Of a DNA stretch of 64,000 nucleotides, positions 56,180 through 64,000 are shown piece after piece. A program made the translations under genes and the position numbers. The stretch covers positions 1,448 through 65,447 of the forward strand of contig CAZQLH010000001.1 of the NCBI GenBank assembly GCA_964594155.1, given 5' to 3'. The notes below the pieces were generated by a model. The model did no database searches and was not told the origin of the DNA. It was given only the letters and a program-made list of their open reading frames with translations. This DNA is from an uncultured Candidatus Saccharibacteria bacterium. GTDB taxonomy: Bacteria > Patescibacteriota > Minisyncoccia > Portnoybacterales > UBA2143. Position 1 is the stretch's first letter; every line of letters begins with the position of its first letter.

Positions 56180-57942
56180 ATGAGATTAAAAATAAGTTAG
56201 ATATAGTGGATCTAATTGGAGGATATATCAAACTCCAGAAAGCAGGGCGTAATTACAAGGCGTCTTGTCCTTTCCACTCAGAAAAAACGCCTTCTTTTAT
56301 GGTTTCGCCAGAGAAGCAGCTTTGGCGTTGTTTTGGATGTAATCGAGGAGGAAGTATTTTTGATTTTATTATGGAAATGGAAGGAGTAGAATTTGGCGAT
56401 GCTTTGAAAACCTTGGCTCAACGAACAGGCGTAGAATTAAAAAAAATAGATCCTAAATTAGCAGCTAAATGGCAAACTGAAAGAACCCAGCTTTATGAAA
56501 TCTGTGATTTGGCTAACCGTTTTTTTGTTAAGCAATTAGAAGCAGGCAAAACAGGCAAAGATATTCAGAAGTATTTAGCTAATCGCGGATTAAAATCAAA
56601 AATAATTAAAGATTGGCATATTGGCTATGCCCCTAACCATTGGCAAGGACTTTTGGATTTTTTAAATAACCAGGGATATTCTGACAATCAGATTCTAAAA
56701 ACCGGATTAATAGTTAAAAGCGAGACAGGAAAATCTAAAAGGGGATACTATGACAGATTCAGAGACCGCATTATTTTCCCAGTCAGAAATATTAATGGAG
56801 TGATAGTTGGTTTTTCTGGTCGGGAAAATCCTGATAACCCAAACACCAAAATGGGAAAATACATTAATACTCCCAATACTTTAATTTACGATAAAAGCCA
56901 GATCCTATATGGCTTAGACAAAGCCAAATTAGATATTAGGAAAAAGAACCTCTGTATTTTAGTGGAAGGACAAACTGATGTCATTATGTCGCATCAGGCA
57001 GAATTTAATAATGTTGTGGCTAGTTCAGGCACTGCTTTGACAGAACAGCAATTAAAAATTATTAAACGATATACTCAAAATTTAGCCATGGCTTTTGATA
57101 TGGATTCAGCTGGTGAAATAGCAACCAAAAGAGGTATTGATTTGGCTATTCAATCCGGCCTTAATATTAAAGTAATTAATTTGCCTGATAATCAAGATCC
57201 AGCAGATTGTTTGCAAAACAATGCTTTAGTTTGGTCCCAAGCAGTTGATAAGGCCAAAGGATTTATTGAATTTTATCTAGAAAGCGCGCTTGCTAAAAAT
57301 GATTCTTCTGCAGCTGAGGGAAAAAAAAGAATAAGCCAAGAATTCTTGCCAGTAATAAGGAAGATTCCTAATAAAGTTGAGCAAGCTCATTGGCTGCAAG
57401 AATTAGCCCAGCGTTTAAAAGTGTCAGAAAATGTTTTAATGGAAGAAATGAAGAAACTTAAGGGCTCTTTTGTTAGTAAAACACCAGATTATTTAGAAAA
57501 TAAAGATTATGACAGAATATCAGAAACTAAAACCCCGCTTGAGGAATATACCATAGGGCTTGTTTTGTCTTATCCAAAGATTTTTAGAAAACATAAAAAG
57601 AAATCATGTGATTTTTTTACTAATTCAGATTTAGAAAAAATATATAAAGCCTTAGAAGAGAATAGGGATATAAAAGACGCTAAAAAAGCTTTATCTCCTC
57701 AATTGGCTAAACAAATAGACCATCTTATTTTTAAAACTGAAACCCAAAAAAGTTTAGTTGATGATTTTAAGCCAAAAAAAGAAATAGAATTCTGTTTTGC
57801 TCAATTAGAAAAATGTTGTCTTCAAAGAAAATTAAACAAATTAAACACAGACATTAAAGAAGCTGAGGATAAAAAAGACAAAGTTTCCCTTAAAAAGCTT
57901 TCTCAAGATTTTAATAAACTATCAAAACAAGTAACTTTTTAA
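56161..57942 (+). CDS. dnaG: DNA primase
   Basis: Zn-finger [15 protein letters not shown]; TOPRIM EGQTDV. Confidence 0.9.
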   Translation: MANSPVDEIKNKLDIVDLIGGYIKLQKAGRNYKASCPFHSEKTPSFMVSPEKQLWRCFGCNRGGSIFDFIMEMEGVEFGDALKTLAQRTGVELKKIDPKLAAKWQTERTQLYEICDLANRFFVKQLEAGKTGKDIQKYLANRGLKSKIIKDWHIGYAPNHWQGLLDFLNNQGYSDNQILKTGLIVKSETGKSKRGYYDRFRDRIIFPVRNINGVIVGFSGRENPDNPNTKMGKYINTPNTLIYDKSQILYGLDKAKLDIRKKNLCILVEGQTDVIMSHQAEFNNVVASSGTALTEQQLKIIKRYTQNLAMAFDMDSAGEIATKRGIDLAIQSGLNIKVINLPDNQDPADCLQNNALVWSQAVDKAKGFIEFYLESALAKNDSSAAEGKKRISQEFLPVIRKIPNKVEQAHWLQELAQRLKVSENVLMEEMKKLKGSFVSKTPDYLENKDYDRISETKTPLEEYTIGLVLSYPKIFRKHKKKSCDFFTNSDLEKIYKALEENRDIKDAKKALSPQLAKQIDHLIFKTETQKSLVDDFKPKKEIEFCFAQLEKCCLQRKLNKLNTDIKEAEDKKDKVSLKKLSQDFNKLSKQVTF

Positions 57943-57946
57943 TTAT

Positions 57947-59068
57947 ATGCCTAAAAAAACTACAAAAAAAACTAGCCAGCCGCCTAAAAAAAGAACCCGA
58001 CGCCGCAAAAAATTAATTACTCCGGAAAAAATCCAGGAATTAATCATTCGGGGCAGGGAACGCGGATTTATTACAGAATCAGAAATACTTAAATTAATTC
58101 CAAAAATAGAAGAAGATATAACAGGATTAGAGAACGCTTTTGAAGAATTAAGAAAGAATAATATAGAAATAATTGAAACAATTGAATTTTTAGGGAAAAA
58201 GAAAGAAGCAGTCAAAAGCAAAGCATCTCTTAAATTAGAAGCGTCTGATAATGTTCAAATGTATCTGCGTGAAATTGGCCGGGTTCCTTTATTAACCGCT
58301 CAGGAAGAAGTTAAATTAGCTAAACGCATTGAACAAGACGATGAAGAGGCTAGGCAAAAACTAACTCAAGCTAATTTAAGATTGGTGGTTAGCATTGCCA
58401 AAAGATATGCTGGACGGAGTCGCAATTTAAGCTTGCTTGATTTAATTCAAGAAGGAAATATCGGGCTTTTTAAGGCAGTTGAGAAATTTGATTACCATAG
58501 AGGGTATAAGTTTTCTACTTATGCTACTTGGTGGATTCGACAAGCCATTACCAGGGCCTTAGCTGATCAGTCAAGAACTATTCGGATTCCTGTTCATATG
58601 GTTGAAACAATTAGCAAGTATACCCAAATCAAACGCCAGCTTTTACAGGACTTAGGAAGGGAGCCGCTGCCTGAAGAAGTGGCTGTAGAAATGAATGAAC
58701 CCATTGAAAAAATTAGACAGATAATGAAGATTTCACAAGAAACGATTTCTTTGGAAACGCCAATAGGAGATGAAGAAGAAGAAAGCAGTTTAGGAGAATT
58801 TATTAAAGACGAAAAAAGCATTTCTCCTGATCAAATAGCAGCCAGGAAATTACTCCGAAGCCGGCTTAAAGATATTTTAGTTGATTTATCTCCAAGAGAA
58901 CAAAAGATTTTAGAAATGCGTTTTGGCCTAAAAGACGGCATTACCCATACTTTAGAAGAAGTAGGACAGGAATTTGGCGTAACCAGAGAAAGAATCAGGC
59001 AAATTGAAGCTAAGGCATTGGAAAGAATTCGTGAACATGACAGCTCAAAGAAATTAAAAGGATACTAG
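57947..59068 (+). CDS. rpoD: primary RNA polymerase sigma factor RpoD
   Basis: Regions 1.2-4: [29 protein letters not shown], and region 4 HTH. Confidence 0.9.
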   Translation: MPKKTTKKTSQPPKKRTRRRKKLITPEKIQELIIRGRERGFITESEILKLIPKIEEDITGLENAFEELRKNNIEIIETIEFLGKKKEAVKSKASLKLEASDNVQMYLREIGRVPLLTAQEEVKLAKRIEQDDEEARQKLTQANLRLVVSIAKRYAGRSRNLSLLDLIQEGNIGLFKAVEKFDYHRGYKFSTYATWWIRQAITRALADQSRTIRIPVHMVETISKYTQIKRQLLQDLGREPLPEEVAVEMNEPIEKIRQIMKISQETISLETPIGDEEEESSLGEFIKDEKSISPDQIAARKLLRSRLKDILVDLSPREQKILEMRFGLKDGITHTLEEVGQEFGVTRERIRQIEAKALERIREHDSSKKLKGY

Positions 59069-59075
59069 TCTCTAA

Positions 59076-60569
59076 ATGAACGACGCAAAAAAGAAAAACT
59101 TAATTATTCTTTTAACCGAGATAACGGTTATTTTTTTGATGATTTTTAATGTTTTTCCGCGAGAAGCAGGGCTGTTTATAACTGGCTTGATGATTTTTTA
59201 TTTTATTTTCAGTCCTATAGAAGATTCTCTTTGGGTTTTTATTGCTTCTATTCCTTTGTTTGTAGCTTTGCCAATTGCGCAAAATTTTGACACTATGGCT
59301 AATTGGCGGATTTTATTAATTGTTTTATTCCTGGTTTTGTTTTTCAGACAAGGCATTTCAATTAAAAATTTAAAACATTATCAATGGGAATATTTAATAG
59401 GCATATTTTTATTAATTGCTGGTCTTTCTCTTTTTTCAGCTGTTAATGTCTGGATAGGCATAAAAAAGATTCTCTTTTTAATTAATATCTTTCTTCTCTA
59501 TGTTGTTATTAGAAATCTATCTGCTAAGAATAAAAAAGTTGTTCCTAAGATTATTAACGCAGTCAAAGTGGCTATTGGATTGGTTTTGGGCATTGGTTTT
59601 ATTCAATTTTTTTCTGTTTTTTTTGTTACGCTTTTTAATTTCTGGCTATTTTGGGCTAAAAATATTATTAGTGTTTTTTATGGTCAGTCCTTAAGCAATC
59701 TTTTATCATATAGCAATACTTGGTTTTCTTATTATGCTTCTCTGCCAGCTACTTTAAGAATGTTTTCTGTTTTTCCTGATTCTCATTCTTTTGCCTTTTT
59801 TTGCATTCTTTCTCTTCCTTTCTTTTTAACAATAATTTTCCTGCGTTCAGATAAAAACAAAATCAAGACAGTTATTTTTTACGCTCTTTTGATATCCTGC
59901 TTATTAGCTATTATTTTTTCTGGTTCCAGAGGAGCATGGGTAAGCGCTTTAGGTTCGTTATTAATATTTTTATCTATTTGTTCTTGGAACTGGAAAAAGC
60001 AAATGAGCCTTATAATAGGATGTCTGGTTATTTTCTTTCTTTTATTCCCAATTGCTTCAAGAATTCTTTTGTTTTCTCAGCAAATTCAACTTGACAGACC
60101 GCTTGATTTAGAAAATATTTCATTATTTGAAAGAGCAAGAAGCATTATTGATTTTGATGAAATTTCAGTTAAAAGCAGATTGGAGATTTGGAGAAGAACT
60201 GTTGATTCAATAATAATTCATCCTGTATTAGGAGTAGGAATAGGGAATTACCCAATAGTTCTTAATGAAAAAATGTCTTTAGCTAAAAAAGGATCTTCAG
60301 CTCATAGCTTATATTTAGATATTGCGGCAGAAATGGGTGTTTTTGCTTTAATTGTATTGTTAGTTGTTTTCTGGCAGATATTAAAAAGAAGCTGGCTTGT
60401 TTTTAAAGACAAAAATGATGTAAATAATAGGTTTTTGCAAGTTTGGTCTAGTTTTTTTATACTTGCTTTGGTCTGGATTTTAGGTTATAGTTTATTTGAT
60501 GTGGTCCTTTTTAATGATAAGGTGCTTTTATTTTTTATAATCAATCTTGGTTTATTATATACTGATTAA
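59076..60569 (+). CDS. O-antigen ligase/polymerase-like (Wzy_C) membrane protein
   Basis: ~12 TM with a periplasmic loop; GSRGAW motif. Confidence 0.65.
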   Translation: MNDAKKKNLIILLTEITVIFLMIFNVFPREAGLFITGLMIFYFIFSPIEDSLWVFIASIPLFVALPIAQNFDTMANWRILLIVLFLVLFFRQGISIKNLKHYQWEYLIGIFLLIAGLSLFSAVNVWIGIKKILFLINIFLLYVVIRNLSAKNKKVVPKIINAVKVAIGLVLGIGFIQFFSVFFVTLFNFWLFWAKNIISVFYGQSLSNLLSYSNTWFSYYASLPATLRMFSVFPDSHSFAFFCILSLPFFLTIIFLRSDKNKIKTVIFYALLISCLLAIIFSGSRGAWVSALGSLLIFLSICSWNWKKQMSLIIGCLVIFFLLFPIASRILLFSQQIQLDRPLDLENISLFERARSIIDFDEISVKSRLEIWRRTVDSIIIHPVLGVGIGNYPIVLNEKMSLAKKGSSAHSLYLDIAAEMGVFALIVLLVVFWQILKRSWLVFKDKNDVNNRFLQVWSSFFILALVWILGYSLFDVVLFNDKVLLFFIINLGLLYTD

Positions 60570-60570
60570 T

Positions 60571-61608
60571 ATGCCTAAAAATCATTCTTTAATTTCTATA
60601 AATCTTCTTACTTATAATGCTGAAAAATACATTGAAGATTGTTTAGGTTCAGTTTTTAACCAGACATATCCATATTTTAATATTTTAATTATTGACAACG
60701 CTTCAACAGACAAAACAGTGGATTACTTGAAAAGATTTAAGAATAAGTCAAATCTAAAAATAATTTATAACAAGAAGAATCTTGGATTTGCAGCTGGGCA
60801 TAACCAGGGAATAAGGGAAACCCAAGGAGAGTTTATTTTTTGCCTTAATCAAGACGTGGTTTTAGATAAAGATTTTATTAGAAAAGCAGTTAAAGTGTTA
60901 AAAAAAGACAGTCAAGTAGGAGCTGTCCAGGGAAAATTGCTGCGCTGGAACATAGGGGGGGCGGTTCTCAGCAAATCAATTAATTATGATATTTCTCATA
61001 TTATAGATACAACCGGCTTAGTTATTTTTAAAAACAGAAGGATTATTAACAGAGGACAAGGTGAAATTAATGAAAATCATTATAAAAAAATAGGTCAGGT
61101 TTTTGGGGCTGATGGAGCAGCTCCAATTTATCGGCGAAAAGCTTTGGAAGATGTTAAGATTCAAGATGAGTATTTTGATGAGGATTTTTTTTGTTACAAA
61201 GAAGATGTTGATTTAGCTTGGCGATTGCGGCTTAATAAATGGAAAACAATATACCAGCCAAAGTCAATTGCTTGGCATGATCGAACATCTGGAGAAAGCG
61301 CCGCCACAAATTATATTAACATTATAAAAGAAAGACAAAAGATTAGTCGATTTGGAAAATATTATGCTTTTAAAAACCAGAGGTTAATGCAAATCAAGAA
61401 TGAACAGATTTGGATTTTACTAAAGCATTTTCCTTGGTTTTTGCCCAAAGAAATAGTTTCTTGGCTTTATATCTTAATTTTTGAGAAATATACCTGGAGA
61501 GCTATCAAAGATTTATTCAAGCAAATGCCTAATGCTTGGGAAAAAAGAAAAATAATTATGAGTAATAAAAAAGCAAGAATTAGAGAAATGAATAAATGGT
61601 TTAAGTAA
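60571..61608 (+). CDS. family 2 glycosyltransferase
   Basis: ISINLLTYNAEKYI..DNASTD, DxD-type. Confidence 0.8.
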   Translation: MPKNHSLISINLLTYNAEKYIEDCLGSVFNQTYPYFNILIIDNASTDKTVDYLKRFKNKSNLKIIYNKKNLGFAAGHNQGIRETQGEFIFCLNQDVVLDKDFIRKAVKVLKKDSQVGAVQGKLLRWNIGGAVLSKSINYDISHIIDTTGLVIFKNRRIINRGQGEINENHYKKIGQVFGADGAAPIYRRKALEDVKIQDEYFDEDFFCYKEDVDLAWRLRLNKWKTIYQPKSIAWHDRTSGESAATNYINIIKERQKISRFGKYYAFKNQRLMQIKNEQIWILLKHFPWFLPKEIVSWLYILIFEKYTWRAIKDLFKQMPNAWEKRKIIMSNKKARIREMNKWFK

Positions 61609-61613
61609 AATAA

Positions 61614-62615
61614 ATGGGAAAAGGAACAAAAATTTGGCTTACTTTTTTCATCCTGCTATTGTTAGGATTATTTTCTCTTTTGTTTTTCAAAACCAGTTTT
61701 ACTATCAGCCAGGTAATTAGCTGGGCAAACACAATTCAAGTTTTACCTTTTAATTTGCCTGATTTACCAGAAAAAGATCCTAACAGAATTGACATTCTTT
61801 TGTTAGGGGGAAGGGGATTAGAAGAGTCAGGCGACGGCAAGTTGCTTTCTGACGCCATAATTCTAGCCAGTATTGATAAAAACACCGGCCAAACAGCCCT
61901 AATTTCATTGCCTCGTGATCTTTATACTCAAATCTGGTGTTCAAAAGAAAAGAAAAAGATTAATTTTGCTTATGCTTATGGCGGACTGGACTGCGCTAAA
62001 AAAACCGTTTCCTATATCACCAACCAATACATTGACTATGCTGTTAGTGTTAATTTTGAAGCTTTAAAGGAAATAATTGACGCCTTAGAAGGAATTACTG
62101 TTTATTTAGACCAGCCATTTGAAGAAGATTTTCAATGGGCAAAGGAAGGCTGGGAAGAAAACAAAAATTGGTTTATTAAAGATTTTGACGGGGAAGAAAG
62201 ATGGGTTTTTTATGTGCCAGAAGGGGAAAATCATTTAGACGGGCAAACAGCCCTTTATTATGTCCGTTCTCGCTATTCAACTGATGATTTTAACCGAATG
62301 GCCCGCCAACAGCAAGTTTTAATGGCAATTAAAGAAAAAGTTTTTTCTTTAGGCGTTTTAGTTAATCCAATTAAAATTTACAATCTTTTAGATGTACTGG
62401 GCAAGAATATTAGAACAGATATGAGTTTGGCTGATATTAAAGATATGATTAATCTAACTTCAAATTTAGACACAGAAAACATTAAAGCAAAAATATTTGA
62501 TATTTCTCCGGAAGGATTGCTTTATCATACTTTTATTAATGAAGAATATGTTCTTTTGCCAGTTGGGGATAATTTTGAACAAATTCAGGAGGCTTGTAAA
62601 AATATTTTTAATTAA
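61614..62615 (+). CDS. LytR-CpsA-Psr (LCP) family protein
   Basis: N-terminal TM; LCP core DAIILASIDKNTGQTALISLPRD. Confidence 0.85.
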   Translation: MGKGTKIWLTFFILLLLGLFSLLFFKTSFTISQVISWANTIQVLPFNLPDLPEKDPNRIDILLLGGRGLEESGDGKLLSDAIILASIDKNTGQTALISLPRDLYTQIWCSKEKKKINFAYAYGGLDCAKKTVSYITNQYIDYAVSVNFEALKEIIDALEGITVYLDQPFEEDFQWAKEGWEENKNWFIKDFDGEERWVFYVPEGENHLDGQTALYYVRSRYSTDDFNRMARQQQVLMAIKEKVFSLGVLVNPIKIYNLLDVLGKNIRTDMSLADIKDMINLTSNLDTENIKAKIFDISPEGLLYHTFINEEYVLLPVGDNFEQIQEACKNIFN

Positions 62616-62622
62616 AACACAT

Positions 62623-63408
62623 ATGCTTTCTATTATTATTACTCATCATAGAACTCCAATTTTATTAAAACTTTGCCTTAAATCAATTGAAGATAATATT
62701 AAGAATATTAAACATGAAATATTTGTGGTTGACAGCCAGCCAGAAATAGAAGTTCAAAATTCAATTAAAAATGATTTCCCTCAAGTAAATTTTATCTCTT
62801 TTTCAAAAAACGCTGGTTATGCTAAAATTGTTAATAAGGGCATAAGAAAATCTAAAGGAGAATATATCTTAATTCTTAATGCTGACATTCTTATTCTAAA
62901 AGATTCAATTCAGCGAATGATTAAATTTATAAAAAATAATCCGCAAGTTGGCGTTGTTGGACCGCAATTATTAACTTTTAGCAATCAAGCGCAAAGTTCT
63001 TGTTTTAAATTTCCAACATTAGGAGCGTTTTTAGCCCGAAGAACATTTTTAGGAAAATTAAAATGGGGTAAGAAAAAAATAGATGATTTTTTAATGCAAG
63101 GAAAAGATTTTTCTTCTCCTAAAGAAGTTGACTGGGTGCAAGGATCAGCTATGCTGGTGCGAAAAAAAGCAATTGATGAAATAGGGTTAATGGATGAAAG
63201 ATTTTTTATGTATTTAGAAGATACTGACTGGTGCCGCCGCTTTTGGAAAAACAATTACAAGGTAATTTATTTGCCATTTGCTCAAATGTCGCATTATTAT
63301 TATCGGCATAGTAAAAAATGGGGCGGTTTTTTAGATATTTTGTTTAATAAGTACACTCGAATTCATTTAATGAGCGCTCTTAAATACTCTTGGAAATGGC
63401 GCAATTAA
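62623..63408 (+). CDS. family 2 glycosyltransferase
   Basis: LSIIITHHRTP..VDSQ..ILNADIL. ATG 62623 chosen over the overlapping upstream start. Confidence 0.75.
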   Translation: MLSIIITHHRTPILLKLCLKSIEDNIKNIKHEIFVVDSQPEIEVQNSIKNDFPQVNFISFSKNAGYAKIVNKGIRKSKGEYILILNADILILKDSIQRMIKFIKNNPQVGVVGPQLLTFSNQAQSSCFKFPTLGAFLARRTFLGKLKWGKKKIDDFLMQGKDFSSPKEVDWVQGSAMLVRKKAIDEIGLMDERFFMYLEDTDWCRRFWKNNYKVIYLPFAQMSHYYYRHSKKWGGFLDILFNKYTRIHLMSALKYSWKWRN

Positions 63409-63410
63409 AA

Positions 63411-64000
63411 ATGAAAAAGAAAACAAGAAAATATATTCTTATTCCAATCTGGATTATTTTATTAGCTGCTATTTTTGGCTTTGGCTTTTTTGTCGGGCAA
63501 ACCAGCCAACCGTCTATTGAAAAGGTTGAAGGATTGGCCAATAAAGAGCTTGGCCAGCCAAATAATACTGATTTTAGCTTGTTTTGGGACGCTTGGCATT
63601 TAATAGAGAAAAAGTATGTTAATCGAAACGATTTAAATCGCCAAAAAATGGTCTATGGAGCTGTTTCTGGATTGCTTAAATCATTAGATGATCCTTATTC
63701 TGTCTTTATGGAACCAGAAGAAAGTAAGAAATTTATTGATGATATTAGCGGAAGCTTTGAAGGAATTGGGGCAGAAATAGGTATTCGTAAAGGAGTTTTA
63801 ACCATTATTTCTCCTTTAGAAGGCAATCCAGCCCAAAAAGCAGGGTTAAAGCCAGGCGATAAAATACTTAAAGTAGGCGATATTTTAACAGCTGATTTAT
63901 CTCTTGATGAAGCAGTTAATTTAATCAGAGGAGAAAAAGGAACTGAAGTAATCCTGCTTGTTTTTAGAGATGAATGGGAAGAAGCTAAGGAAATAAGCGT
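63411..64000 (+). CDS. S41 C-terminal processing protease (N-terminal part with PDZ; runs off window end)
   Basis: Signal anchor; GIGAEIG..PAQKAGLKPGDKIL PDZ region. Confidence 0.75.
   Translation, partial: MKKKTRKYILIPIWIILLAAIFGFGFFVGQTSQPSIEKVEGLANKELGQPNNTDFSLFWDAWHLIEKKYVNRNDLNRQKMVYGAVSGLLKSLDDPYSVFMEPEESKKFIDDISGSFEGIGAEIGIRKGVLTIISPLEGNPAQKAGLKPGDKILKVGDILTADLSLDEAVNLIRGEKGTEVILLVFRDEWEEAKEIS

Overview
This is a low-GC, gene-dense bacterial window. It is almost entirely + strand from about 4 kb to 28 kb and again from about 43.5 kb to the end. The gene content is typical of small-genome Candidate Phyla Radiation (Patescibacteria-like) bacteria. It includes a split transketolase, an archaeal-type cupin phosphoglucose isomerase, RNase J, a cytoplasmic group-3b-like [NiFe]-hydrogenase, an LCP/glycosyltransferase envelope locus and a tRNA-Ser without encoded CCA. 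That taxonomic placement is an inference from gene content only.

Core content. The housekeeping and metabolic genes I can support are: a GAF sensor histidine kinase; a 2-hydroxyacid dehydrogenase; DsbA; a four-subunit hydrogenase hydBGDA with hypC; trxB and grx; the gap-rpiB-rpe-tktAB-pfkB-fba glycolysis/pentose-phosphate block; ribosomal protein L25; RNase J; SecG; a U32 peptidase; EngB; two sigma-70 family factors (RpoD plus a short divergent one); pyrF/pyrE-like genes; groES/groEL; LemA; HtpX; tRNA-Ser(GGA) followed by higBA; dnaG; and an O-antigen-ligase/GT2/LCP/GT2/S41-protease envelope cluster.

Three accessory regions stand out.

1. 1..7320 looks like a RiPP-type biosynthetic locus. 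It contains two radical-SAM/SPASM enzymes, an ABC exporter, a TrmB regulator and two SAM methyltransferases. A Cys-rich 53-aa precursor-like ORF at 3869..4030 is absent from the ORF track and sits immediately upstream of one radical-SAM gene.

2. A roughly 9-kb island (34.0..43.1 kb) is bracketed by inverted copies of a ~58-nt structured repeat. It is packed with toxin-, nuclease- and peptidase-like genes: a class-II Fic, a Doc-like Fic, a RadC/JAB protein, an SNase with an Excalibur domain, a caspase-like His-Cys protein, an ASCH protein, and a tandemly duplicated YbjQ plus small-membrane-protein cassette carrying a 100%-identical ~270-nt stretch. The island is internally organised by repeated terminator-then-TTGACC-promoter junctions.

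3. 27.95..28.39 kb carries two tandem consensus sigma-70 promoters driving structured transcripts of unknown class, ending at a bidirectional terminator.

In addition, a family of five structured intergenic hairpin repeats sits upstream of hydG, hydD, hydA, grx and pfkB. No CRISPR array, rRNA or transposase was seen.
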